Below, piece by piece: positions 46,972 to 55,439 of a DNA stretch of 64,000 nucleotides. Under the pieces are notes generated by a model. The model saw only the letters and a program-made list of their open reading frames with translations, was not told where the DNA came from and ran no database searches. Source of the stretch: Promethearchaeota archaeon (GTDB lineage: Archaea > Asgardarchaeota > Lokiarchaeia > Sigyniarchaeales > SOKP01); the NCBI GenBank assembly GCA_030599585.1, contig JAUVNS010000020.1, positions 1 to 64,000 on the forward strand. Direction: 5' to 3'. The first letter of the stretch is position 1, and every line of letters begins with the position of its first letter. The position numbers were made by a program, and so were the translations under genes.

Positions 46972-47304
46972 GCGACAATACCAAAGTAGCGCGAAGAGTT
47001 CGTAGAAGTTTAAGTAATTGGCGTTCCGAAGGTTTTAAAATAAAGGGCGAATATCGTGTAGTTAATACTGATTACTTTGGGCATTACTGGAAATTGTTGT
47101 TTTTTTTATCTCTGCCAACTCAATCATTTCATTCCTCAAATTGTCGTTCCACTCTTACCTATTTTATCCTTTTCTTAAGCGATTACGAACATATCGCAAT
47201 GTTGAGAATAGAACGTAGCATTAATACACTTCTCCCGTGGGATCGTTGTTCTCTTCGACTTTAACGATCGTTCTCTCCTTAAACAAAACTGTTATTTTTT
47301 ATCA

Positions 47305-47580
47305 TTATGTTAAATTCGCTACTATAATCGCTACTGAAATCCAAATAATGCAACATAATCCTGCCAAAATTCTTTGTGACTTGGTAGCTCGTGTAGCTTC
47401 TCCACAGTCTGGGCATCGCTTTGGGTAACTATAAACCTGACCTCCGAAAGTAATAATAGCAAAAAAATTAGCTACTTGTTTTCCTGGAGTTTTTGGTTCT
47501 TTTATAGCCATTACTTCTTTTCCGCATTTTTTACAATATCTTCTTTTAACTTTTCTTATATCACTATTTTGCTCGTTCAT
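47305..47580 (-). CDS. Small zinc-ribbon membrane protein
   Basis: YCKKCG...RCPDCG flanking a hydrophobic stretch, plus a C-terminal TM. Confidence 0.7.
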   Translation of the reverse strand: MNEQNSDIRKVKRRYCKKCGKEVMAIKEPKTPGKQVANFFAIITFGGQVYSYPKRCPDCGEATRATKSQRILAGLCCIIWISVAIIVANLT

Positions 47581-47909
47581 CTTCGTTCCTTGGTTTTAAT
47601 TTTGATTTAGTTGTCTTACTAATCTATATTACTTTTTTAGTATTAAATAGTTTTAAGAATATTACCAGCAAAAAGCGAGAAAATACGGTAAAAGTAATAA
47701 AAAAAAAAAATAGAACCTTTCAGTAGTTACTATCGAATTTTTAAAGGAGCGACGGTTGCGACGCGATCTTTAGGAGCAAAACAACCGAGACCCTTTGAAA
47801 ATGAGCGGGATGGTTCGCGAAGGAAACCGAAGGGGTTTCCTTGCAAAATTACTTCTTAACGTTGCGAGATAAACACCTACAAAAAGAAAAAAACTCCCTA
47901 AATAGTCCC

Positions 47910-48239
47910 TTACCCGTCGTCCTCTCCGACCTTGCCCTCTAACTCTCTGCCAAACTCCACCAAGTTCGCAAAACCAATCGATCCCGCTCCCGAACCCGTA
48001 CCACCGTCTTCTGCAACTTTTTCTTCTACAAACCGCTTCACCGCTTCCCTGTACTCCCCAACCCTCTCCTTCGGCACGAATACCGTAATTAGCGCCCATT
48101 CCCCGTCCGAAGACACTTCCATCGCAAACTTATCAGTAACGCACCACTTCAACGCCTCCCGATACTCTTTAACCTTGCTCTTGGGGACTCGAACGCTCAC
48201 GAACGCCGATTCCTCTCCAAACTTCAACCTACGACCCAT
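47910..48239 (-). CDS. Tandem ribbon-helix-helix (CopG-like) DNA-binding protein
   Basis: Two similar units, VSVRVPKSKVKEYREALK and ITVFVPKERVGEYREAVK. TATA-like TTTATATA upstream. Markedly G-rich coding strand. Confidence 0.65.
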   Translation of the reverse strand: MGRRLKFGEESAFVSVRVPKSKVKEYREALKWCVTDKFAMEVSSDGEWALITVFVPKERVGEYREAVKRFVEEKVAEDGGTGSGAGSIGFANLVEFGRELEGKVGEDDG

Positions 48240-48301
48240 AAATGACCCCTACCCGACGCTACCCCAAACTCAAAGCTCATACTTACCTATATAAACGCAA
48301 C

Positions 48302-49295
48302 TATTTAATGCCCAACCTAAATTCCGTGACACGAAATTACTTCTATTACAACAGTACAAGAACTATTAGCTATCTAAAGACACTTTTTTTAATCAAAATT
48401 AAATAGGAAAAGTCTTATTCTCTATGTATGATCCCTAAATCGATAGAAGAATATATTAATCTTGGCGGGCAATTAAGTTACCTTAGATCTGCTAACGAAA
48501 ATAATATGGTTCACGGAGATATCAATATTTTAGGTAATATTAACACATTCCTTAAGAGCATTGAAAATTCAGAATTTAAAGTAACTCAAAATGCTTTATC
48601 AGAGCTTATTAAATATAAGGAAACATTGGAAAAAATGGATAGCGATGCTTATATTAGTAAAGAAGAAGCAAGACAACTTTACAAAATTATGGATAGAATA
48701 TTGCTTGTTTTAAGAGCTGAAACAAGAAACTTCTTCACGTTTTCTATTTCCGAAAAAAGAATAGATAGCACTAAATTAATTTTCAAGATTGATTTGCTTT
48801 TAGCAAAAGACGTATTTAATTCTCTTCCCGATTCAATTCAATACGATTTTAGCGAGGGGGGAAAATGTATTGCTTTCGAATGTGCAACAGCTTCAGCTTT
48901 CCATGTGTTAAGAGGGGTTGAAGGGTTATTAAGACTTCTACTAAAAAAACTTTCACCCTCAGTAGATGTCTCGAAAATGGTCTGGGGCAAAGTTGTCGAG
49001 GAACTAAAAAATCTTAACGTCGCAGCTCTTAGTGTTCTATTAGATAATTGTGATAGAATCAGAGATAATTATAGAAATCCTACTGACCATCCAGAAAAAA
49101 TATATGATATTGAAAAAGCGCAAGATTTGTTTAATCTATGTGTTGGTGTGGTAAACGATATTGTTGATTATATGAAAACTAACAATTTGTTGTAAGAGAG
49201 AAGTATTTATCTCATAACCTTTTTGATTTTAAAATTTATTCAATTAAAAGAACTTCATTATTTAATGCCCAACCTAAATTCCGTGCCACGAAATT
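48302..49295 (+). repeat. 37-bp direct repeats (48302-48338 and 49259-49295) with internal palindrome, flanking the HEPN gene
   Basis: TATTTAATGCCCAACCTAAATTCCGTG(A/C)CACGAAATT, 36/37 identical. Confidence 0.9.
48428..49195 (+). CDS. HEPN-domain protein (DUF4145-like), putative defence RNase
   Basis: ASAFHVLRGVEGLLR followed by an R-x4-H motif, RNPTDH. Confidence 0.75.
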   Translation: MIPKSIEEYINLGGQLSYLRSANENNMVHGDINILGNINTFLKSIENSEFKVTQNALSELIKYKETLEKMDSDAYISKEEARQLYKIMDRILLVLRAETRNFFTFSISEKRIDSTKLIFKIDLLLAKDVFNSLPDSIQYDFSEGGKCIAFECATASAFHVLRGVEGLLRLLLKKLSPSVDVSKMVWGKVVEELKNLNVAALSVLLDNCDRIRDNYRNPTDHPEKIYDIEKAQDLFNLCVGVVNDIVDYMKTNNLL

Positions 49296-49565
49296 CTTCT
49301 CGTAGCATTATTTAATAGCCTATATCAATATTAACCAGTAATCTAATTCAATTCAACCAGTAATTATTTTCGTCGTGTGTTCGTAAAACCCAACCTTATT
49401 CTATAAAACGAGCCTTCCCGTTATTTTCCAATTAATACTAATTATAAATAATCATAAAATAAAAATCATAAAAGATATGATTTAAAACTAGAAGAGCGGA
49501 CGAAACGCGATGTTCATCTCCTAAGAAGAACCACCTTTTCGTTTATAAAAATCGATCGTTTTTAG

Positions 49566-50456
49566 CTAACGAATATAATAAAATATTTCATTTTTTTTTA
49601 CTTCCAGCCCGATTTTGCCTAAAAAGTTTAAATCCTTCGAGATACCTTCGATCTCATCAATTTCAAGGCCCAATTGTTGAAGTTCAAGACATTTTTTGTT
49701 TAAAGAATGTGTTGTGAAAGCTTTTCCTTTGTTTTTCATAAGAAAATTACGAATTATTTGCTCTGCTTCCCTTCTCTTCTCTGGTTTCATGATTTCTTTA
49801 TTTTCTGCAGATTTCGGAATTCTTTGTCGTTTTCCAAGTTCAGAGTAAATTTCAAAAAGGCGGATAAACATCACTCGTTTAATAGCTCTCCCAGAAGGAA
49901 ATTCTTTCTTTCTGTATTGTCCTGAATCAAAACGTAATTTTCTTTTTTTTAATCTTTCTTTACCAGGGAATATGATTTCTACTCGACCAAGTGTCACTGA
50001 TGGTCTTCTATATCCTGGTTTTGTAGTATGGATACTTGCTTGAGCAAGAATTACTTCTTTCCAATGAAAGCAACCTTTTTTAAAAACTTTTCGATAATAG
50101 AATCCTGAAGGACCAATAACAACAAAGTGCCTTATATGGGTAATGCAGATAGGAAAAAATATTAAAAATCCTATGACAGGAATTTCGATTGAAGTTGATA
50201 TTAACATGATCTCAAAATAACTTTCCCCCGAGTAGGGCAGCATTACTGACATAAATATAGCATATAAAATTGGTATAATTACAAAAAGGGAAAAAATTAT
50301 CTTACCTCCCTTCAGCACAAATGTTTTTCCTTCCACAAACGCTCTCTCAATTTGCTCTCCTGTCCCGTATTTTCCAAATGTATATTTTCCTTTTTTATAG
50401 TTTCTGTAGGTCTCTCTCAATTCTTTTAAAATATTATGATTATCCATGTTTTTCAC
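49566..50456 (-). CDS. Two-TM membrane protein with PH-like domain and C-terminal wHTH-like segment
   Basis: Two TMs; FVVIGPSGFYYRK...FHWKEV; IIRNFLMKNKGKAFT. Paralogous to 50469-51119. Confidence 0.6.
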   Translation of the reverse strand: MKNMDNHNILKELRETYRNYKKGKYTFGKYGTGEQIERAFVEGKTFVLKGGKIIFSLFVIIPILYAIFMSVMLPYSGESYFEIMLISTSIEIPVIGFLIFFPICITHIRHFVVIGPSGFYYRKVFKKGCFHWKEVILAQASIHTTKPGYRRPSVTLGRVEIIFPGKERLKKRKLRFDSGQYRKKEFPSGRAIKRVMFIRLFEIYSELGKRQRIPKSAENKEIMKPEKRREAEQIIRNFLMKNKGKAFTTHSLNKKCLELQQLGLEIDEIEGISKDLNFLGKIGLEVKKNEIFYYIR

Positions 50457-50468
50457 ATCTCAATTAAT

Positions 50469-51119
50469 TCAAAACTTAGGTGGTTCGAATGTTCCTAGTT
50501 TACCGTAATTATAATAATTCAAAAATGCATAAAAACTCAAAATATGAATTTGCCTCCCCCGAATCGTTTTGGGGAATTCTTTCGTGGTATAATCGACATT
50601 GTTGAAAAAATCTCCGTTTGGTGTTGAAATATACATAGTTTGAACAATATCGAGATATGCTCTTGATAATTCTCTTGTTTCTTCAACAAATTCTATACCA
50701 ATGTCTTTCCACTTACAAGATTTTATAGCCCCTCTCTTCTTATAGACTATTCCTTCTGCGCCGAGAACCATAAAATTTGTAACATTCCATAATCCAGCAA
50801 TCAAAAATGGAAGACCAAGTAGAGCAAAGCCAAAGATTGGTAGAAGACTCGTCATAAAAATAGATAAGCTAGAAGTAAAAACTTCTATACCAAAGACAAC
50901 ATAAAGACTAAGTGTAAATATTAATCCAATAGAAATAAAAATTATTCCTAATATAATTGCTATTTTTATACCTGGTGTAGTAAACACAATTTTCTTTCCA
51001 TTCCTTACTGCGTTCCTAATATCATTTACTGAAGCTATGGTCTCATACTCGTATTTGCCTTCTTTATAGTTCTGAAAGCTTAAAACATAGTCATCTATAT
51101 TGTTGTGAAAAGGACTCAC
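50469..51119 (-). CDS. Two-TM membrane protein with PH-like domain
   Basis: NYKEGKY N-terminus, two TMs, FMVLGAEGIVYKK...CKWKDI, and a KEFP motif shared with its neighbour. Confidence 0.6.
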   Translation of the reverse strand: MSPFHNNIDDYVLSFQNYKEGKYEYETIASVNDIRNAVRNGKKIVFTTPGIKIAIILGIIFISIGLIFTLSLYVVFGIEVFTSSLSIFMTSLLPIFGFALLGLPFLIAGLWNVTNFMVLGAEGIVYKKRGAIKSCKWKDIGIEFVEETRELSRAYLDIVQTMYISTPNGDFFNNVDYTTKEFPKTIRGRQIHILSFYAFLNYYNYGKLGTFEPPKF

Positions 51120-51200
51120 CCATTTTTAATTATCATAATAATTATTAATTTCATTAATATAAAAGCTTTGACTGAAATGTTAAAAAATAAAACTTAAATC

Positions 51201-51260
51201 GTTTCGTATCACGCTATTTCCCAATCGTGACACGCTATTACCTATAATGTGCCACGAAAT
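51201..51260. repeat. Three phased copies of the CGTG(A/C)CACG-type motif at 21-22 bp spacing
   Basis: CGTATCACG (51205), CGTGACACG (51226), TGTGCCACG (51248). Confidence 0.7.
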
Positions 51261-51433
51261 ATTCACGTCTTGTATCTTGATATATTATACGAAAGTATAA
51301 AACCCTCGATAATATTCTCTACTGCGGTTTCGAAAACAAATTCTAAATCTTGAATTTTTTTTCCTTTAAGTTTTATTAAAAAACCCATTTGGATTCATTT
51401 AGATTATAAGTTTATTGTCTAATAAAAAAGCCT

Positions 51434-52372
51434 TCACTGATGATTTTCTTGGCAGGATAATTCATCAGCGAGATTAGCCCACTGAAGATCGATTCTTTCT
51501 TGAAGTTCAACTAATTCTTTTTCAGATAATTTTGAAAATCGTTTCTGTCTTGATAAGTAATCGATTAGTGGAGTTCTTTTTGAGGGATCTAATAATGGTT
51601 TGCTTTTTTTTGATAAAGTTAAAACACCATTTTCGATTTCGTATAAAATCCAAGAACCTGTTTTAACTGCTAAGCGAGGAATTTCAATGGCGTCCTCGGA
51701 TGCAATACCCCATCCCGGCGGACAAGAAGCTAAAATGTGAATGTATTTGCATCCTTCAATTGATTTTGCTTTTTTAAATTTCTCATAAAGATCGAGAGGT
51801 TCGCTTACAGAACAAGTAGCAACATAAGGGATATCATGTGCCGCCATTATCCTTGGTAGATTTTTCTTATATCGTTCTTTTCCTAATGTGGTTGTAGTTG
51901 TTATTGCTCCATGTGGTGTGCTAGATGATCGTTGAACTCCAGTATTCATATATGCTTCGTTATCGTAACAGCAATAAATGATATTAGAATTTCTTTCAGC
52001 GGCACCGCTTAAGCCTTGAATCCCAATATCCGTTGTTCCTCCATCGCCAGCAAAAACTAAAGTCGTCATTTTTTCCCACACTTTGCCTGGAAATCTATAC
52101 GATTTTGCTTTAAAAGCTGCAGAAACTCCTGTTGCTGCTGCCGCTCCGGCAGCAAATGCCATATTCATAAACGGAAAATTTGGTGCTGTCTTTGGCCATA
52201 ATCCAACAACGACATTTAAACAACTAGCAGGAGTAACTAACGATGTATTTGGACCAAGAGCTTTCATAGCCCACCTTAAAGCAATTTCAAGACCGCAACC
52301 AGCACATGTGGAATTTCCTGCTAAAAAATATTCTTCTTGTCCAATTTCTAATGCTTCCTTTATGGATACCAT
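51434..52372 (-). CDS. porB: Pyruvate/2-oxoacid:ferredoxin oxidoreductase beta subunit
   Basis: Motifs CAGCG, GDGG-DIG-Q-LSGA-ER, YDNEAYMNTG-QRS and CPPGW. Confidence 0.92.
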   Translation of the reverse strand: MVSIKEALEIGQEEYFLAGNSTCAGCGLEIALRWAMKALGPNTSLVTPASCLNVVVGLWPKTAPNFPFMNMAFAAGAAAATGVSAAFKAKSYRFPGKVWEKMTTLVFAGDGGTTDIGIQGLSGAAERNSNIIYCCYDNEAYMNTGVQRSSSTPHGAITTTTTLGKERYKKNLPRIMAAHDIPYVATCSVSEPLDLYEKFKKAKSIEGCKYIHILASCPPGWGIASEDAIEIPRLAVKTGSWILYEIENGVLTLSKKSKPLLDPSKRTPLIDYLSRQKRFSKLSEKELVELQERIDLQWANLADELSCQENHQ

Positions 52373-52374
52373 AT

Positions 52375-53631
52375 CTAATCTACCTCCAATAATCCATCCC
52401 AGAAAGTCCCTTCAATCATATCTTTTGGTAACTCTCCAGTTTCATTTAATTTGTTCAATACTTTTAATTGATCTTTCTGTTGTTCTAATGAAACTTCTCT
52501 TCCACCTAAACCCATTATAATAGGTAGAATTTTTGTAGATGCTCCAGAACCATATAAGGCTGCTTTCACTTCACTGCTTACTGGACCTCCAGTCGGAGAT
52601 CCAAATGCAGTAGCTCTGTCAGCTACACCAAGAACCTTAACTTTATTTGCAATTTGTATAATATCTTCTACGGGAAACGGTCGAAGATATCTTAATTTTA
52701 CACATCCTACTTTGTAGCCTTCATTCCTAAGATCGTCGACAGCGTCTTCCATCTGCATGGCAAGTTCACCGTAGTTAAGTATAGCAATTTCTGCATCTTT
52801 CATTTGATATTCTTCAATTAATCCATTACCGTAAGATCTACCAAACTTTTTCTCGAACTCTGCGGTAACCTCCTTGATTTTTTTCTTTGCAAGAATATGA
52901 GTATAGTGAATTTTTAACCTAAATTCATTGTAGAAACCGGATGGCATGATAAGATTCCCGTGCATCATTGGTCTTTCAGGATCGAGAAAAATATGAGGCC
53001 ATCCTCTTTCTCCTGGAAGTGGTGGTAAAAAATCATCTACATCATCTTGGTCCTCGATGGTTACAGGTTTAGATGTATGAGATAAGGTAAATCCACCGTA
53101 TGCTACGAATTTAGGCAATAGAATTTCGTGATCTTCGCAAATTTTATATGACATTAAAACATCATCATAAATCTCTTGATGACTCGATGCAAATGAAATT
53201 ATCCAACCTGTATCTCTACAACTTATTATATCTGTAAAATCCGCCCAAATATTCCATGGAGGGGCAGGACCTCTCGAAGCAATTGTCGTTACTATAGGTA
53301 AACGAGCTCCTGCGGCCCAATGAACCATTTCATACATGTAAAATAAACCTTGTCCAGAGGTAGCAGTGAAAGTACGAGTCCCTGCAGTGCTTGCCCCTAT
53401 TATCGATGCCATTACTGAGTGTTCTGATTCGAATTTAATATATTGAGTTCCAGGCATCTCGCCGTTATCTGCGAACTCTGATAGTTTTTCTACTACAGTT
53501 GTTTGAGGAGTAATTGGATAAGCGCTTATCACTTGAACGCGTGCTGATTTCGCAGCGTAAGCTGCTGCTACATTTCCCTTTATTATTTTAGTTTCTCTTT
53601 CCTGCGTAAAATCTTCTTGTGCTTCAACCAT
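52375..53631 (-). CDS. porA: Pyruvate/2-oxoacid:ferredoxin oxidoreductase alpha subunit
   Basis: Motifs AYPITPQT, ESEHS, TATSGQG, RPFP and GLGGRE. Confidence 0.93.
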   Translation of the reverse strand: MVEAQEDFTQERETKIIKGNVAAAYAAKSARVQVISAYPITPQTTVVEKLSEFADNGEMPGTQYIKFESEHSVMASIIGASTAGTRTFTATSGQGLFYMYEMVHWAAGARLPIVTTIASRGPAPPWNIWADFTDIISCRDTGWIISFASSHQEIYDDVLMSYKICEDHEILLPKFVAYGGFTLSHTSKPVTIEDQDDVDDFLPPLPGERGWPHIFLDPERPMMHGNLIMPSGFYNEFRLKIHYTHILAKKKIKEVTAEFEKKFGRSYGNGLIEEYQMKDAEIAILNYGELAMQMEDAVDDLRNEGYKVGCVKLRYLRPFPVEDIIQIANKVKVLGVADRATAFGSPTGGPVSSEVKAALYGSGASTKILPIIMGLGGREVSLEQQKDQLKVLNKLNETGELPKDMIEGTFWDGLLEVD

Positions 53632-53632
53632 A

Positions 53633-53971
53633 TTAAACTTCACTCTCTCTAACCATTTCTATACTTTTTGTAGGGCATTCTTTAGCACATATGCCACAAC
53701 CTTTACAATACACATAATCAACTTCAAATTCTCCTTCTTCATTTCTGATTATTGTACCTTCGGGGCAATACATCCAGCAAATACCACATTTAGTACATGT
53801 ATCCCGATCAACAACAGGTTTAAACGTTCTCCAATCTCCTGTTGTCCCAATGCTTCCTTTAATAGGAAGTGAGATGGGTATTGGGGGCAATTCTTTCCAA
53901 TTTTTATATTCTTGAACTTCAGGTCGCTTGTCTTTGTCTTCACATATATTCTTCCATTTCTCCTTATTCAT
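53633..53971 (-). CDS. porD: 2-oxoacid:ferredoxin oxidoreductase delta subunit
   Basis: Motif TGDWRTFKP...CTKCGICWMYCP...YCKGCGICAKECP. Confidence 0.93.
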   Translation of the reverse strand: MNKEKWKNICEDKDKRPEVQEYKNWKELPPIPISLPIKGSIGTTGDWRTFKPVVDRDTCTKCGICWMYCPEGTIIRNEEGEFEVDYVYCKGCGICAKECPTKSIEMVRESEV

Positions 53972-54552
53972 TCAAATTCGACCTCCTTAACGCTATTATA
54001 GGCTTCGACAGCAACCTCTAAATTTTTTTTGCCTTTAGCTTCTCCAAATTCGCTATAGATCACTTTTTTCATAGTGTCTAAATTATAAAAGCCAGTTAAT
54101 TGCCCAAATGCCCCCAGCATTGGAATGTTCAAAATTGGTCCACTTGAATGCATAAATCCTAATTTTATGCAGATTCCCGTGGCATCAACAATAAAAATCT
54201 TAATGTTTTCAGGAAATTCGCAAGTATCTATCTGGTTTTTTGTATTAATTAATAATGTGACTCCACTTTTTATCGAATCGAGAATTCTCTGAATATCTAA
54301 AAGGGAGGGATCAAAAATTAACATGTAATCTGGATCTATTACACTATCGTAAGTTTTTATCGTTTTGTCCCTTGATAACTTAGTGAATGCTTGAATTGGT
54401 GCCCCTCTCCGCTCTGCTCCAATAATCGGAATAGCAATAGCATCTTTAAAACTTTCTTCGTAAGCTAATTGAGCCAATAGCTGGCTAGCAGTTATTGCGG
54501 TTTGACCTCCTCGACCATGAAAGGTAATTTCTATTATTCCATTATCCGTCAA
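53968..54552 (-). CDS. porG: 2-oxoacid:ferredoxin oxidoreductase gamma subunit
   Basis: Motifs HGRGGQ, GAERRGAP, VDAT and N-PMLGA. Confidence 0.93.
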   Translation of the reverse strand: MTDNGIIEITFHGRGGQTAITASQLLAQLAYEESFKDAIAIPIIGAERRGAPIQAFTKLSRDKTIKTYDSVIDPDYMLIFDPSLLDIQRILDSIKSGVTLLINTKNQIDTCEFPENIKIFIVDATGICIKLGFMHSSGPILNIPMLGAFGQLTGFYNLDTMKKVIYSEFGEAKGKKNLEVAVEAYNSVKEVEFE

Positions 54553-54788
54553 TTTTTTCCATCCTTTTAATTAATCGATCTTATAAATTTGATAATAGTA
54601 AAAGCCGTAAAACAACATTATAGTTATTTTTTTGGAAAACTTATATAATTATCTTAAATAGAACTACTAAGGTAAATTAACTAGCAAGAAATTAAAAATT
54701 TCTGGAAAAAATTTATAAGGTAGACACTGAAATTGTTGAAAATTAATAATAACCTTGACCAATTTTCCTAAACTATAGAAAGTGATTA

Positions 54789-55361
54789 ATGTTGTCAGAA
54801 AAGTCAAAAATTAATGAAGTAAATTATTCATTCAAATGTCCTTCGTGTGATAAAGGTATGATAAAAATACTTAAAACTACGTATGATGTCCCTGACGGAG
54901 ATAAAATGTTACTTATCAAATTTGAATGTAACATTTGTAATTTTTCTAATAATGATGTAATTCCTTTGACTACCAACAATACTCCAGGAATTATGACTTT
55001 AAGAGTTTCAAATGAAAATGATTTAAAATCAAAAATCTATCGTTCCCCCGTTGGAAAATTAGAAATTCCAGAGTTGGAATTATTCGTCGTGCCTGGTCCA
55101 CGCGCCGATTTTTACTATACAAATGTTGAAGGGATATTGTTTAGGTTTGAGAATGCTGTATCCATATATCGTAAAAATCTCGAAAAAGATGACGATGAAT
55201 TAGAAGATATTGATAAAATTTTACACGATCTACATAAGGCGATGAAGGGAGAATTTAAATTTACTTTAATAATAACGGACACAGGAGGAGGAAGTTATAT
55301 CATTCCTAAAGATGAATCAAAATACTCGTTTCAAAAATTCGAACAGAAAGAATTAAATTAA
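54789..55361 (+). CDS. ZPR1-type zinc finger protein
   Basis: Motif CPSC...CNICNF...LEIPELEL...PGP...TNVEG...D-GG-SYI. Confidence 0.9.
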   Translation: MLSEKSKINEVNYSFKCPSCDKGMIKILKTTYDVPDGDKMLLIKFECNICNFSNNDVIPLTTNNTPGIMTLRVSNENDLKSKIYRSPVGKLEIPELELFVVPGPRADFYYTNVEGILFRFENAVSIYRKNLEKDDDELEDIDKILHDLHKAMKGEFKFTLIITDTGGGSYIIPKDESKYSFQKFEQKELN

Positions 55362-55439
55362 AAGTAATAAGTGTAATTATCATAATTTCTAAATAGGTAT
55401 TTATTTTTAAAAATTGAATTAGATGAAGTGCGAAATCAA

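Larger units (their letters stand above)
43110..51296. mobile_element. Putative integrated, integrase-less accessory island
   Basis: Identical 12-mer TTATACGAAAGT at 43110-43121 and 51285-51296. Interrupts a core-gene region. Contains AbrB-like, RHH, HEPN and LRR genes, internal repeats and a GC-shifted segment. Confidence 0.6.

Noticed and set aside
21388-47710. Homopolymer runs (T-run near 21390, T10 at 43441, A-run near 47700) as phase-variation switches
   Set aside because: Such runs are common in this AT-rich genome and mostly intergenic or terminator-like. No frameshifted gene depends on them.
47770-48294. Alternative ORFs 47770-48099 (-) and 47932-48294 (+)
   Set aside because: They overlap the RHH ORF in a GC-rich, stop-poor segment and have no motifs. 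The RHH frame has an internal repeat and a promoter.
48302-49300. Classical integron attC sites
   Set aside because: GCCCAAC fits RYYYAAC, but there is no matching GTTRRRY downstream, the palindrome is too short, and no IntI gene is present.
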